Shown here: positions 52,782 through 64,000 of the stretch, piece by piece
Numbering within the stretch: the stretch's first letter is position 1
Layout of the letters: each line of letters starts with the position of its first letter
From: the human T2T-CHM13v2.0 reference genome, Homo sapiens
Assembly: GCF_009914755.1 (NCBI RefSeq)
Contig: NC_060947.1
Reading direction: 5' to 3' (one strand)
DNA: 64,000 nt
Position numbers and translations under genes: made by a program
Notes under the pieces: generated by a model
The model's input: the letters and a program-made list of their open reading frames with translations, nothing else
Told to the model about the DNA's origin: nothing
Databases searched by the model: none

Positions 52782-53615
52782 AAAGACAAAAAATAGCAGA
52801 TGCTGGTAGGGAGGCAGAGAAAAGGGAACTCATACACTCTTGGTGGGAATGTAAAGTAGCACAGCTATTACAGAAAATAGTATGGAGAGTTCTCAAAAAA
52901 GCAAAAATAGAACTACCATATGATCCAGCAATCCCACTACTGGGTATTTATCCAAAGGAAAGGAAATCAGTATATCAAAAGGATACCTGCACCCCCACCA
53001 CACCATGTTTATTGTAGCACAATTTACAGTCTCAAAGACATGGAATCAACATAAATGTCCATCAACCAATGAATGCATAAAGGAAATGTGGTATATACAC
53101 ACAATAGAATACTATTCAGCCATAAAAGGAATGAAATCTTGTCATTTGCAGCAACCTGGATGGAACTGAACATAATTTTATTAAGTGAAATAAGTCAGGC
53201 ACAGAAAGACAAATATCACATGTTCTCACTCCTATGTGGGAGCTAACAGAATTGGTCTCACGGAGGTAGAAAGTAGAATGATAGTTACCAGAGACTTGGA
53301 AGGGTGTGGGAGTTGGGGATGAAGAGAGATTGCTTAATGTGTGCAAACATACAGTTAGATCAAATGAATAAGTTCTAATGTTCAATAGCAGAGTAGAGTG
53401 ACCATAGTTAACAACAATGTGTTGTATATTTCAAAATAGCTAGAAGAGAGGATTAGAAATGTTCCCAACACATAGAAATGATATAAATGCTCACAGTGAT
53501 GGATATTCTAAAAGCCCTGACGTGATCATTACATTCTATGCATATAACAACATATTACCTGCACTCCATAGATACATACAAATATTATGCATCAATAAAA
53601 ATAAAAGCAAACAAA
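52782..53615 (+). mobile_element. L1MA 3' end
   Basis: ORF 52751-53017 [29 protein letters not shown]; L1MA-type 3'UTR, aataaa and A-rich tail. Confidence 0.9.
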
Positions 53616-54519
53616 ATAAATACAGATCAAGTATTTCCAAAAATTTAGAGTCCCAAACAAGATGTGTTGTAAGTACCATTCACGGGGCTCAGCCTCCAGG
53701 GGCAAAGAGCGAGACTAAGAAAGGAAGAGAATAATCTGGGGGAACTGGGGGCAGACAGGGGGACAAAGGAAGATAATCGGCACACCTCACAACTCCTGTA
53801 GCAACTGAAAGCCTAAACTTTAGGCTAAAGCAACCTGCTTTCCATGCCCGCTCAGCCCAATCTCTCTGCTCCATCCTTGAACACTGGAACTGCCCCGTTT
53901 AGTGAGTTTCCCTTAGCCACTCCCACCACTTAGTTCATAGCGAACTCAGCCCTTGCCATACTTAGAGCCTCTGAGCCATTGCCAGTCCTAGACTTCACTT
54001 CTTTAGATAGAATTCATGTACATGAAAAGATCAGCATTTCTCTGTCTTTTCACTGAATGCTTGCCTCTATTCTGTAAGAGGAATGGCTGATCTTTGAAGG
54101 CAAAAAGCAGGTATTCCCAACATTATGTACACCCCACTGCAGCCGGAACTGACTGATTGATAAAGATAATGACAATGATGATTAATGGCCTCAGAATTGT
54201 GATTTTAGCGTTTTACCCCCGACAGAATCCTTCCTAGTGTTTCTAATGTCTACCTTAGCTGGCCAAGCCACCATTCTCTGAAATAAATGAAGCTAGAGCA
54301 GATCTCTTTTGTGCAGGGCAAGTGTCACCTTTTTGAACCGAATGTACTCGCTTTCCTGTCATGCTGGCCATATGGTCTCATCTCTGCTCAGTTTTTCCAG
54401 GGCACACGTGCAAGAAATCTAATAATGGATTCCAGCCAGCCTCCGGGCTATTATGTAAATAGGAATCCTCTAGCGCCCCCCCACACTCCCTTAGGAATCT
54501 CTCTAATTCATTAAGTTAA

Positions 54520-54521
<2 letters not shown>

Positions 54522-54566
<45 letters not shown>
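54522..54566 (+). repeat. (CA)n microsatellite
   Basis: Directly visible. Confidence 0.97.
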
Positions 54567-54568
<2 letters not shown>

Positions 54569-55147
54569 CTCCTTTTTATGGTGTTAGGTGATCTAACACT
54601 ATTCTATTCGGAGGTATGGCTCTACCTTTAAAAATAGCGAGCACTCGATTTTATGACACTGGTTTCTTAAGTGCTCAATCTCATTAAGCTCCTAGTCATC
54701 ACTTGCTCAAGGGTCATCCAATGGGCTGTTTCCCGTGCCAATATTTATGTGCTTTTGGCTGTTTTATTAGGTATACACAAGCTTGGAATTATTTTATCTT
54801 TTTGAAGAATCGAAGCCTTTATCATGATCTAGTGATCCCTCTAACCCTGATAATGCTTTTTATCTATATTTTCCATTAGAGCTTTCTTTTGGTTAGTAGT
54901 TGCCTGTTATGTCTTTTTATTTTTTAATCCTGTTACATTCTACCTTTCTACATTCTTTATGCCTTAAGTGTGGCTCTTGTAATCGACATACAGCTAAATT
55001 TTTAAAAAATCCTATCTGACAATTTCTGTTTTTTAATTGGCTGGTTTAATTCACTTGCCTATATGGTGATTAATAATAATTATATTTTGCCACCTTTTGT
55101 ATACATATTTTGATCGTATTCACAGGTCTTTATTTCATTTTTCAAAG

Positions 55148-55645
55148 ACTTTATTTTTTAGGGAAGTTTTAGGTTCACAGCAAAATTGAGAGGAAGGTAC
55201 AGTGGTTTCCCAATATGCTGCTTACCCCCACACATTGCACAACCACCCTTATTATCAATATCCAATACTAGAGTGGTACATTTTGTTACAATTGATGAAT
55301 CTACATTATTGCCTAAAAGTCCATTGTTTACATTAGGGTTCACTCTTGGTGTTGCATATTCTATGGGTTTGGACAAATGTATAATCACAGTTATCGACAG
55401 TTATAGTATTGTACAGAGTAATTTCACTGCCCTAAAAATCCTCTCTGCTCTGCCTATTCATCCCTCCCACCCCCAACCCCTGGCAATCACTGACCTTTTA
55501 CTGTCTCCATGGTTTTGCCTTTTCCAGCATGCCATATAGTTGAAATCATACAGTACCTAGGCTTTTCAGATTGACGTATTTCATTTAGTAACATTTAAGT
55601 TTCCTCCATGTGTTTTCATAGCTTGGTAGCTCATTTCTTTTTAGT
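55148..55645 (-). mobile_element. L1MC/MD 3' end
   Basis: gttttaggttcacagcaaaattgag...catagtttacattagggttcactcttggtgttg-like ...gggtttggacaaatgtataat. Confidence 0.8.
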
Positions 55646-55750
55646 TGAGGTTATCCAACCATCTTATTTTTCTATTTTTTATTTATTCTGATTTTCTGTG
55701 ATTTTTTTTCTTTCTAATTTCTTCCCATTTTTTGGACTGTTTGTGGTTTA

Positions 55751-55752
<2 letters not shown>

Positions 55753-55798
<46 letters not shown>
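55753..55798 (+). repeat. (TG)n microsatellite
   Basis: Directly visible. Confidence 0.97.
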
Positions 55799-55799
<1 letters not shown>

Positions 55800-55937
55800 C
55801 CTTATTTCATTGCTTATTACTTGCTTGGAAGTTATAGATTCTACTTCTATTCTTTTGGTGCTGATTTTTGAAATTTCATCATGCGTATTTAACTTACAAA
55901 GTCAAAAATTAAACACTATTTCAACTTCCCTATAGAA

Positions 55938-56162
55938 CAGGAGTTGACAAACAATGACCACCCAATGACTAATCTGCCCAATACCTGTCTTTGTAAATAA
56001 AGTTTTATTGGAACACAGCCATGTTCTTTTGTTTGTGTGCTGTCAATGGCTGCTTTTACGCTACAATGACAGAGCTGAGCAGTTGTGACAGAGACTGTGT
56101 GGCCAGCAAAACTTAGAATATTTGCTATCTAACCTTTTACAGAAAAACTGTGCCAACCTATG
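55938..56162. mobile_element. MER58A (hAT-Charlie)
   Basis: tttgtaaataaagttttattggaacacagcca...cagagctgagcagttgtgacagagac. Confidence 0.88.
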
Positions 56163-57682
56163 CTGTATAATAATACTCTTAAGGATCTTAGGAGATTTAG
56201 ACTCTGATCTCTCCCCTCCTCACTCACATGTGATTGCTCTCCAGTATTTTATTTTTGTCATTTTTTCTGAGCTCCATAAATTTGACATTAGTATTCCTTT
56301 TCCCCCAAATAATGTTTGCTCATATGTACATGCATTTTTACCATTTTATTGTTCACTATTCCTTTCAGCATCTCAGATCATCTTTCTGACATCCTTTTCC
56401 TCCTTCCTGTAGCATAGCTTTTAGAAGAGGTTCCTCTAGTGAAATTCTTTTGGTGGTAAATCCCTCTGGGTTTTTTTTTAAATTGTATCTATAAATATCT
56501 TCATTTTACCCTCCTTCTTGAAATGTGATTTTCTGAATACATAATTCTAAGCCCATGGTTATTTTCTCTCAACAGTTGGAAAATATTATTCCACTGTCTT
56601 CTGAGTTCCATTGTTGTTGAAGGCAACTGCTGGTCTAATCTTTTGAGGATAATCTATCTTTTCTCTCTGGCCCCTTTTAAGATCTCTTGGCAGTTGGTGT
56701 TCTGCAGTTGAATTATGATGTGTTTAGGCATGAATTTCCTCTTTTTTATATGCTGCTTGGTATGTGTTATTATGTTTTTCATCAGTCTTGGAAGATTCAG
56801 GCCATTATCTCTTCAAATACTGCATTCTTTCTCTCTCTCCTCTTATTCTGGAACTCCAGTTAGATTTATGTTTGACCCTCTGTGCTGCATTCTGGGTAAT
56901 TTCTAATCCTTTCGTCAACTGGATTTAAGCTACTATTTAACCAGTCCATTTAGCATTTTTGCTTCAATAATTGTATTTGAATTTATAGAAGTTCCATGAA
57001 AAAATCTTCCTGGTTATTTCTGCTAGCCTATTGTTGCTTGCTCATTTATGTGACTGCATCTTTTATTTATTTAAGCATTTCATATACAGCTGTTCTATAT
57101 TCTCTATCTTGACAATTCCTGTATCCAGTTAGAGTGGGAATCTGAATCTATTATGTATTTGTAATGCTGCCTCTGGTATATGGCGGCTTGCCTTAGCATA
57201 CTGTGAACTTCTCCCTTGATTTTAATCTTTGGGTCTAATCCTGTAGGTCTAAATTAGAAATTAGAGACGCTTTCTTCAAACAGAATTTGCTTCAGCAGGG
57301 AATCAGGGACACATCTGACCAAAGACTACATCAGCCGCTGTGAAGATCCACTGTATATAAATCTCAGAGTCAGCATCCCACCACAATGCTGGCCCAAGTA
57401 TCAGTATTCCCATAACAGTATTGTTATTGGTATTTGCTCTCAAGGCACCCCCCCCCCACACACACCCCCACACATACACCTATTCCTTGCAGTTTAAAGC
57501 TTCCTCCTCTGGTACGGGCTTGGATTGGTTTTTATTTTGTGGATTGCAGTTGTGGAAGCCTTTGAAAATCTCTCCAACCACTTGCAAGTCCAGAAATGCC
57601 TTGAAGAGTGTCTTGTATCCAGGATATAGCTATATATCTGCTATGCAGTGGAAGAGTCCCTCAGAGCACTCCCCCGACCCCC

Positions 57683-57683
<1 letters not shown>

Positions 57684-57733
<50 letters not shown>
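57684..57733 (+). repeat. (CA)n microsatellite
   Basis: Directly visible. Confidence 0.97.
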
Positions 57734-57735
<2 letters not shown>

Positions 57736-59472
57736 CACTATATTGCTAGAAGGAGAAGGCTTATTGTTAAATTTTGAAACACACTGTTTTAGAGGAAATC
57801 GGGTTTTTTAAAATGCCATTATTCATTGTTGCACTGAATATGCCAAATATACAAGTTGCTTTCTTCTTTAGTCACTATTTATCATTCTTATTGTTGAGAA
57901 TGGCTATGGACCTCAAGATGCTTGCTTCTGGCATACAAACTTGATATTTTGGCACATGGTACCCAAAGATAGATAGGTCCTGTCCCATAAGTGAGTTCAT
58001 CTCTGGAGGTGGCACTGGCGATCCTGGTCAGGAAAATGGCATTCTGCTTAATCTTACATACACAATCTTAGAAACTGTTGATGCTTCAACACCACATGAA
58101 GATATTATTTAACATTCATAGCTTACTGTATACTTGCCAAATGCTTTACAGCCCTTTTTTGGTAAGTAATTTTTTGCTACCACTCAGAGAGAAAATCAAG
58201 GTGTCCCTTCTAGATCCAATTCCGTATCTGGCACAATCCATCTTTGTGGCATGATTCAAACCCTACAAACTTCCATCCCTTTCTGCTCTACATTTATTGA
58301 ATAACTAAATCAGCTGAAATGAAACACTGGCTGCCACTTCCCCCTGTTTCCTGATATCATTTCTTTCTGATTAGGCATCAGGAAAAGGAAGTTGATTTGA
58401 CAAGTTTGAAAACAAACACTGATACACAGGTTTTTCTTTGGACCCCTGCTATGAAATGATGCAAAGGGGAAACCTTAGCACCCAGCGTCGGTGCTGTGGA
58501 CAGGTGCCTCTCTGCATGGCTCTTTTCATTACTAGGCAAACTGCTTGTCTTCAAAATTCCCCAAAGATATATAGAGTGTGCTGTCAGAGAAAGGGCAGGA
58601 AGCTTTTAAGTAGGTGGCCATGGGAAACGTTCCGAAGGTTGGGTGGAAAATATATGGAAAGCATTACAATAGTTATGAGAAGACTATAAGGCCCCTAGGA
58701 CTATGAAGGCAAGAAGGGAGATTCACATTTGTTGAACTCCTATGATGGACCTAGTACTTTTGTTTCTTGAATAAACTATGAAAAAAAGATAAAAAATAAC
58801 AGAGCTTAAGGAGAATAACATTCATTTATCTATTATCTAGATTTAACAATCATTAACATTTTGCCATATTTGTTTCATCTATTTTTTGCTGAAGTATTTA
58901 GAATCATAGACATAATAATATTTTTCCCTTAAAGCTTTATCACATTCTATATAATCACAATGCCATTATCACATCTAACAAAATTAACAGTAATTTCTTG
59001 ATATTATCTAATACTCATTTCATATTAAAATTTTCCCCAATATCTTTTGTAGCCACTTGTTCAAAGCAGGATCTAATCAAAGACTATGCATTGCATTTCA
59101 TGATTATATCTAAGACTCTATTAACGCAGATGGTCCTGGTAATTTTCATGTCTTATCTTTTTATCTTCATAAAAACCCTAAGAGGCAGTTATCATTATTT
59201 CCATTGTACAAATGCAAAAAAATGAGGCTAGAAAAGTACTTAGCCTAAGAGCACACTGTCAGTAAGTATGTAGAGGAAATTTCCTGCTTTTTTAGCTGCC
59301 CAGCATCCAAATCCCCTTCCTATTTTGAGCAAAGTTCTAGTGCATCTTGGTGGGGGCACCCTTGGCAGCCAGGAAGGAAGTGCATAAACTAGCTTGGCAA
59401 ATTGGATACCTTGGTCCAGGACTTTGAGTCTACACCAATAAAATTTTCTGCAGTGATGCAAATAGTCTATAT

Positions 59473-59533
59473 ATGCACTGTCCAATACGGTACTATCAGC
59501 CACATGTAGAAGCTACTGTATTGGACAGCATGG
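59473..59533. mobile_element. Miniature MER3/MER33-type hAT element
   Basis: Inverted repeats ctgtccaatacggta / tactgtattggacag; flanks gtctatat and gtctagac resemble an 8-bp hAT TSD. Confidence 0.7.
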
Positions 59534-59874
59534 GTCTAGACAGAGTGGTGGTAAGCTGCAGGGTATGAGAAATCATGTACACTATCAGTGACAGCATTTA
59601 GAGCCCAGTGGTGTTGGCAGCTCCGAGGGTTGGGTTGATGGTTGTGTTCTAAATAAATTGCTTGCTCACTTTCAGAGCCTGACCCTCTAATCAGCCTATC
59701 AATTATCTGAACCACACAACAGCCAACCAGTTCCCCTTTTGCTTAAAATCTTCAGTCAGTTTCTGTTGTTTGAAATCAAACGTCCCTTGGCAGATACTGT
59801 TAGTTGTCAGTAGTTTGTCGGTAGTTTGTGAACTAGTTGTTGGTTTTTCTCCTTAGGAAGAGAATCTACATGCT

Positions 59875-60280
59875 TAGCTGGCACAAGTTCTAACTAGTTG
59901 TGGCTACATAACTAAGTCCTGATCCATGAGATGAAGGTAGAAGTGTAGTGTGCAAATTCTGGAGAGTATTTTTAACAGGATTCATGCTCTTTTTTCCCCT
60001 CTTTCTACTTCCAACTGGTGGAATGTGGAGGTGATGGGTGAAGCTTAAGAAGCCATCTTGGATCATGAAGTAGAAACCCAGTCTTGAGGATGGCAGCGTT
60101 TCAAAGTAGAAAGAGCTTATGACCCTGGGGATTATGGAGTCACTACAGTAACCTTGATTGCTAATATTCATGTGAAAATAAAAAACTTCTATCTTGTTTA
60201 TACCACTGTGCTTTGTTTTGGTTTTGTTTCATTTTAGCTGACTACTGCTACTTTTCAGTTGAACCTAACATTAACTAATT
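59875..60280 (+). mobile_element. Old MLT1 LTR
   Basis: gccatcttggatcatgaag...gaggatggcag...aaataaaaaacttctatcttgttta..ccactg. Confidence 0.55.
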
Positions 60281-61334
60281 AAAAACCCTGAGACAGGTGT
60301 GGCTGGTAAATCTAAATTTGAATCCATATCTGGGACTAAAAGATTGGGAAATAAGATAAACATATTTTTCTCTGGGACTATTCTCCAGACACTGATTTCC
60401 ATGTTTCTACGGGCTAAGCTTATATAGCTTGTAGAACTCATCCATCATCTTGCTTATACATAGGGCTATTCTTTGGCCCCATCAAGAAGGGTCTACTCTG
60501 GGCCTTGCCTACTAGAGGGCTCCACTTTGGCAGGCCCCTTCCTACAGGAGGAGTCAGTAAGGCCAAGACCTTCTAGACCATGGTTTAGGTGACAGAAATC
60601 TTGGGATTCCCTGCCCAAACAGACCAAGCCAGCTTCCAAAGCCTACAAGGGCTTCTTCCCAGGGTTCTTCTTCACAAGGGCAGACTACGTAGCAAGTATA
60701 ACCACCATACGCCAGAGGTAAGGCCAAAGGGTAGCTATTTGCAAGGAGGTGAGGATAGAATTTACATGGATACTCCAACCTGTTGGTCACTATGCCCATT
60801 CGACCCTTTACAGTGGGGGATGGAGTCTATAAGCAAAGAGATGGGGATTGGGCTATAGATTGGCAACCTGGGCTTACTCTCCCCATGCCATTGTGGTCCA
60901 GTCTGGAACTCCAAGGAGTCCCATAATTTTACATTGAAACCTGGTATTCCACGTCTAACAGAGGTATAAAGGTAGGAAGATTGGCATGTTTTGATTACAA
61001 ATTTGTAGCTTGTGTATAATTGTTAAGTATTTCGATGCATATGTGGGCTTCCATTTGTACTCTGGTGCCAGGTGTTACAAATATTCGTGGCGAACCTACT
61101 TGTGCATAAGCTTAAATACTACTTTCTACCTCTGAAACAGCAAATGTTGCATACAGTCCCCATGGCCTTACTTCTGAGTTGTTTTCCTCTCACTTTATTA
61201 TTTTCTTGTTCTCTTCCTAATGTTCTCCTCTGGTTGTAATAAATCACTTGTAGGCAAGAACTTGGCTTTCTGCTTCTTTCCAGCATTCTGGCTCCTTCAT
61301 ACAAGTGTTCTAGGTGAACTGGTTGTGCGTCCAG

Positions 61335-61510
61335 AATGTCTTAACTCTGGCTGCACAGCAGAATGATGAGAATGCTTTAAAAACACAGAAACCCTAGCTC
61401 CAACCCAGCAATTCTGATTCTGAAGTCTGGGCTGAGGTTAGGGAATCTGTATTTTTTTTTTTTTAAGTTCTACAGATTATCCTGAAAGACAGCTGTGGCT
61501 GAGACACTGA
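61335..61510. mobile_element. MER5-family MITE
   Basis: ggctgcaca..agaat...attctgattc...ggaatctgtattttt...gctgagacactg. Confidence 0.6.
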
Positions 61511-61833
61511 ACACAATGACCAACTCACTCACTCACTCCTGACTTGAGACCAATGCTGTCAAAGATACAAGAACAAGGGTAACGATATGAGAATGGGGTG
61601 ACTTAAAACGTTGTCACCCCTGGATGTTCTAACTCCTCCTCCTTCCAAGCTCTAGGACACTACATCTGTGTCTCATTTCTACTGGCCTCTTGGCATTGGA
61701 AGGATGTCATTAGCACTTCCATGGCTCGAAGCTTGATCATGGATTTCAAAATCACAGTGGTAGCTGGTGGTTCTTAAATTTGTACCCATACCTCTTTACA
61801 TTTTTTGAGTATACACTCAATCTTCTAGCACAG

Positions 61834-62204
61834 TGTCTTACTCAGTTTTGTGCCACTATAACAGAACACCAGAGACTAGGAAATTCACAAAGAAGAGAAA
61901 TTTATTTGGTTCATGGCTCTGGAGGCTGGGAAATCTGAATCAAGAGGCTGCATGTGGTGAGGGCCTCCTTACTGTGCCATAATATGGCAGAAGGCATCAT
62001 ATGGTGAAAAAGTACATGAGAGAGAGTGAGGGGGACTAAACTCCCCTTTTATAACTCACTCCCATGTTAATGGCATTAATTCATCCATGACAGTGGTGCC
62101 CCATAACCCAAACACCTCCCATTAAGCTCCACCTCCCACCACTGCCACATTGCAGATTAAGCTTCCAACACATGAACTTTGGGGGACACATTCAAACCAT
62201 AGCA
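61834..62204 (-). mobile_element. MST/MLT1A-type MaLR solo LTR
   Basis: tgtctta ... ggggacacattcaaaccatagca; 5-bp TSD cacag at 61829-61833 and 62205-62209. Confidence 0.9.
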
Positions 62205-62260
62205 CACAGTAATTGGCACATGGTGGATACTCACTGAATATTTATCTAAGAAAAAATATG

Positions 62261-63070
62261 TTTTTTTCTTTTCAACTTTTATTTTAGGTTCAGGGGGTAC
62301 ATGTTCAGGTTTGTTTCATGGGTATGTAATTGCATGTTGTTGGGGTTTGGTGTACAGATTATTTCATCACCTTGGTAATGAGCATAGTAGCCAATAGGTA
62401 GTTTTTTGATCCTCACCTTTATCCCACCCTCAGCCGTCAAGTAGGCCCAGTGACTATTGTTTTCTTCTTTGTCTCTGTGTATACTCAATGTTTAGCTCCC
62501 ACTTATAAGTGAGAACATACAGTATTTAGTTTTCTGTTCCGGAGTTAATTCACTTAGGATAATGGCTTCCATCTGCATCCATGTTGCTGCAAAGGACATA
62601 ATTTAATTCTTTGTTTATGGCTGTGTATATGCCATGGTGTATATGTACCACATTTTCTTTATCCAGTCCACCATTATGGGCAGTTAGGCTGATTCCACAT
62701 CTTTGTTATTGTGAATAGTGCTGCAATGAACATATACATGCATATGTCTTTATGGTAGAGCAATTTATATTCCTTTGGGTATATTCCCAGTAATGGGATT
62801 TCTGGGTCAAATGGTAGTTCTGTATTAAGTTCTTTGAGAAATCTCCAAACTGCTTTCCACAGTGACTGAACTAATTTACACTCCCACCAGCAGTGTATAA
62901 GCATTCCCTTTTCTCCACAACCTCACCAGCATCTGTTATTTTTTGACTTTTTAGTAATAGCCATTCTGACTGGGGTGAGATGGTATCTCACTGTGGTTTT
63001 GATTCGTATTTCTCTAATGATTAGTGGTATTGAGCATTTTTTCATATGCTTGTTGGCTGTGTGTATTTCT
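62261..63070 (-). mobile_element. 5'-truncated L1PA (about L1PA15-16) 3' end
   Basis: ORF 62674-62904 [23 protein letters not shown]; possible decayed TSD taagaaaaa..at. Confidence 0.93.
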
Positions 63071-64000
63071 TAAGAAAAACATCTTGATCTGTGTTCAAGG
63101 ATCATTGCATTTGGTTCTGGGAAAACATTAGAATCATTGGGATTTTATATTCAGCTTCCTTCAAAGAATGGACTAAGTGTTCTTTTTAGTTTTACGTAAC
63201 TGCAGACCGACTTGTTTAGTAGCCAATTACTACCCACAGTTAGAATATAATGGGGACTTTAAAACTCCCAGTCACCTCACAGAAATACCTGTCCAATCTC
63301 TTCCTCCTTATCTCTCATGGGCATTATAACCAAGGCTTCTGATATTTACATTTTTAATATTCTCATTATTTAAAACACTGTCAGATACAATATGACCACA
63401 ATCTGCTTGAAACCTTTAGTGGATCATTCATTTTATGCTATATTTTCAGATAAACGTAAGTTCTTTTAAAAAACCAAGAACACATAGCAAAGCAGAAACC
63501 CAACAAACATTTAGACACAAAACAAGAAAACTTCAGAGCTGGGGGCCACATGTCCTGAAGAATTTTTGTAAGAAAAAAATATTTGAGATAAACTATCTCT
63601 GTTGGTTTGCTGCCCAGCATTTTTCCCATTGGAGTTGCTATTGCACAAGATTGCAACAGTAGTTTGATCTTTGTCTTGATCTCAGTTATTTTTGGCCCCA
63701 GTGGGTTGGGATTATTTTCAATAACTGTGCTGGAAACAGCTCCATCAAGTCCCTCCTTTGTTTCATGCCACAGATCTTGACTGAAAATAGTACAATGGCT
63801 TCATTAGGGTCTATAAAAGGCTCATACCAGGAATCCTTGGGAAGCCACAATAGAACGATATTAAGGCTGTTTAGGAGGATGAAATGGGAACAACTATCCA
63901 CCAAAGGGTCAATTAAACATGCTTTTCCTCCTTTGCTAGAGCAAGTGAGTAACTGAGTCTCACCATTTGGGTCTGCTTCTTGCAAGAGCTTACATTGACT

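Larger units (their letters stand above)
54860..57620 (-). mobile_element. Old L1M fragments with nested insertions
   Basis: Antisense L1M motifs (tccactgtcttctg; ctgcagttgaattatgatgtgtttagg; gccattatctcttcaaata). Confidence 0.6.

Noticed and set aside
54465-54490. CTCF-like tagcgccccc
   Set aside because: The rest of the core motif does not match
58000-58020. CTCF-like tctggaggtggcac
   Set aside because: Only a partial match; unsupported without PWM or ChIP data
63686-63985. 99-aa minus-strand ORF at the window end
   Set aside because: No recognisable family or splice context

Overview
Primate (most likely human or other catarrhine; AluY, AluS/J, THE1 and L1PA are present) non-coding genomic DNA. 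It is AT-rich, CpG-poor and dominated by interspersed repeats (L1PA/L1M, Alu, MIR, L2, L3, MaLR/ERVL LTRs, hAT and Tc1/mariner MITEs). No intact protein-coding gene, RNA gene or CRISPR array is supported. The one gene-derived feature is an ancient, heavily decayed processed pseudogene of MDM4 (+ strand, ~31830-34330, possibly continuing to ~36600 past an L1 insertion). It was later interrupted by a FRAM/Alu monomer and an AluJ. Its most interesting property is that it appears to lack MDM4 exon 8 cleanly at the exon boundaries, suggesting a fossil of an exon-8-skipped mRNA; it may also keep a 3'UTR segment missing from the modern human gene. I found no convincing novel biological system. Repeat subfamily names and MDM4 comparisons come from recalled consensus sequences, not from a search, and boundaries of old repeats are approximate.
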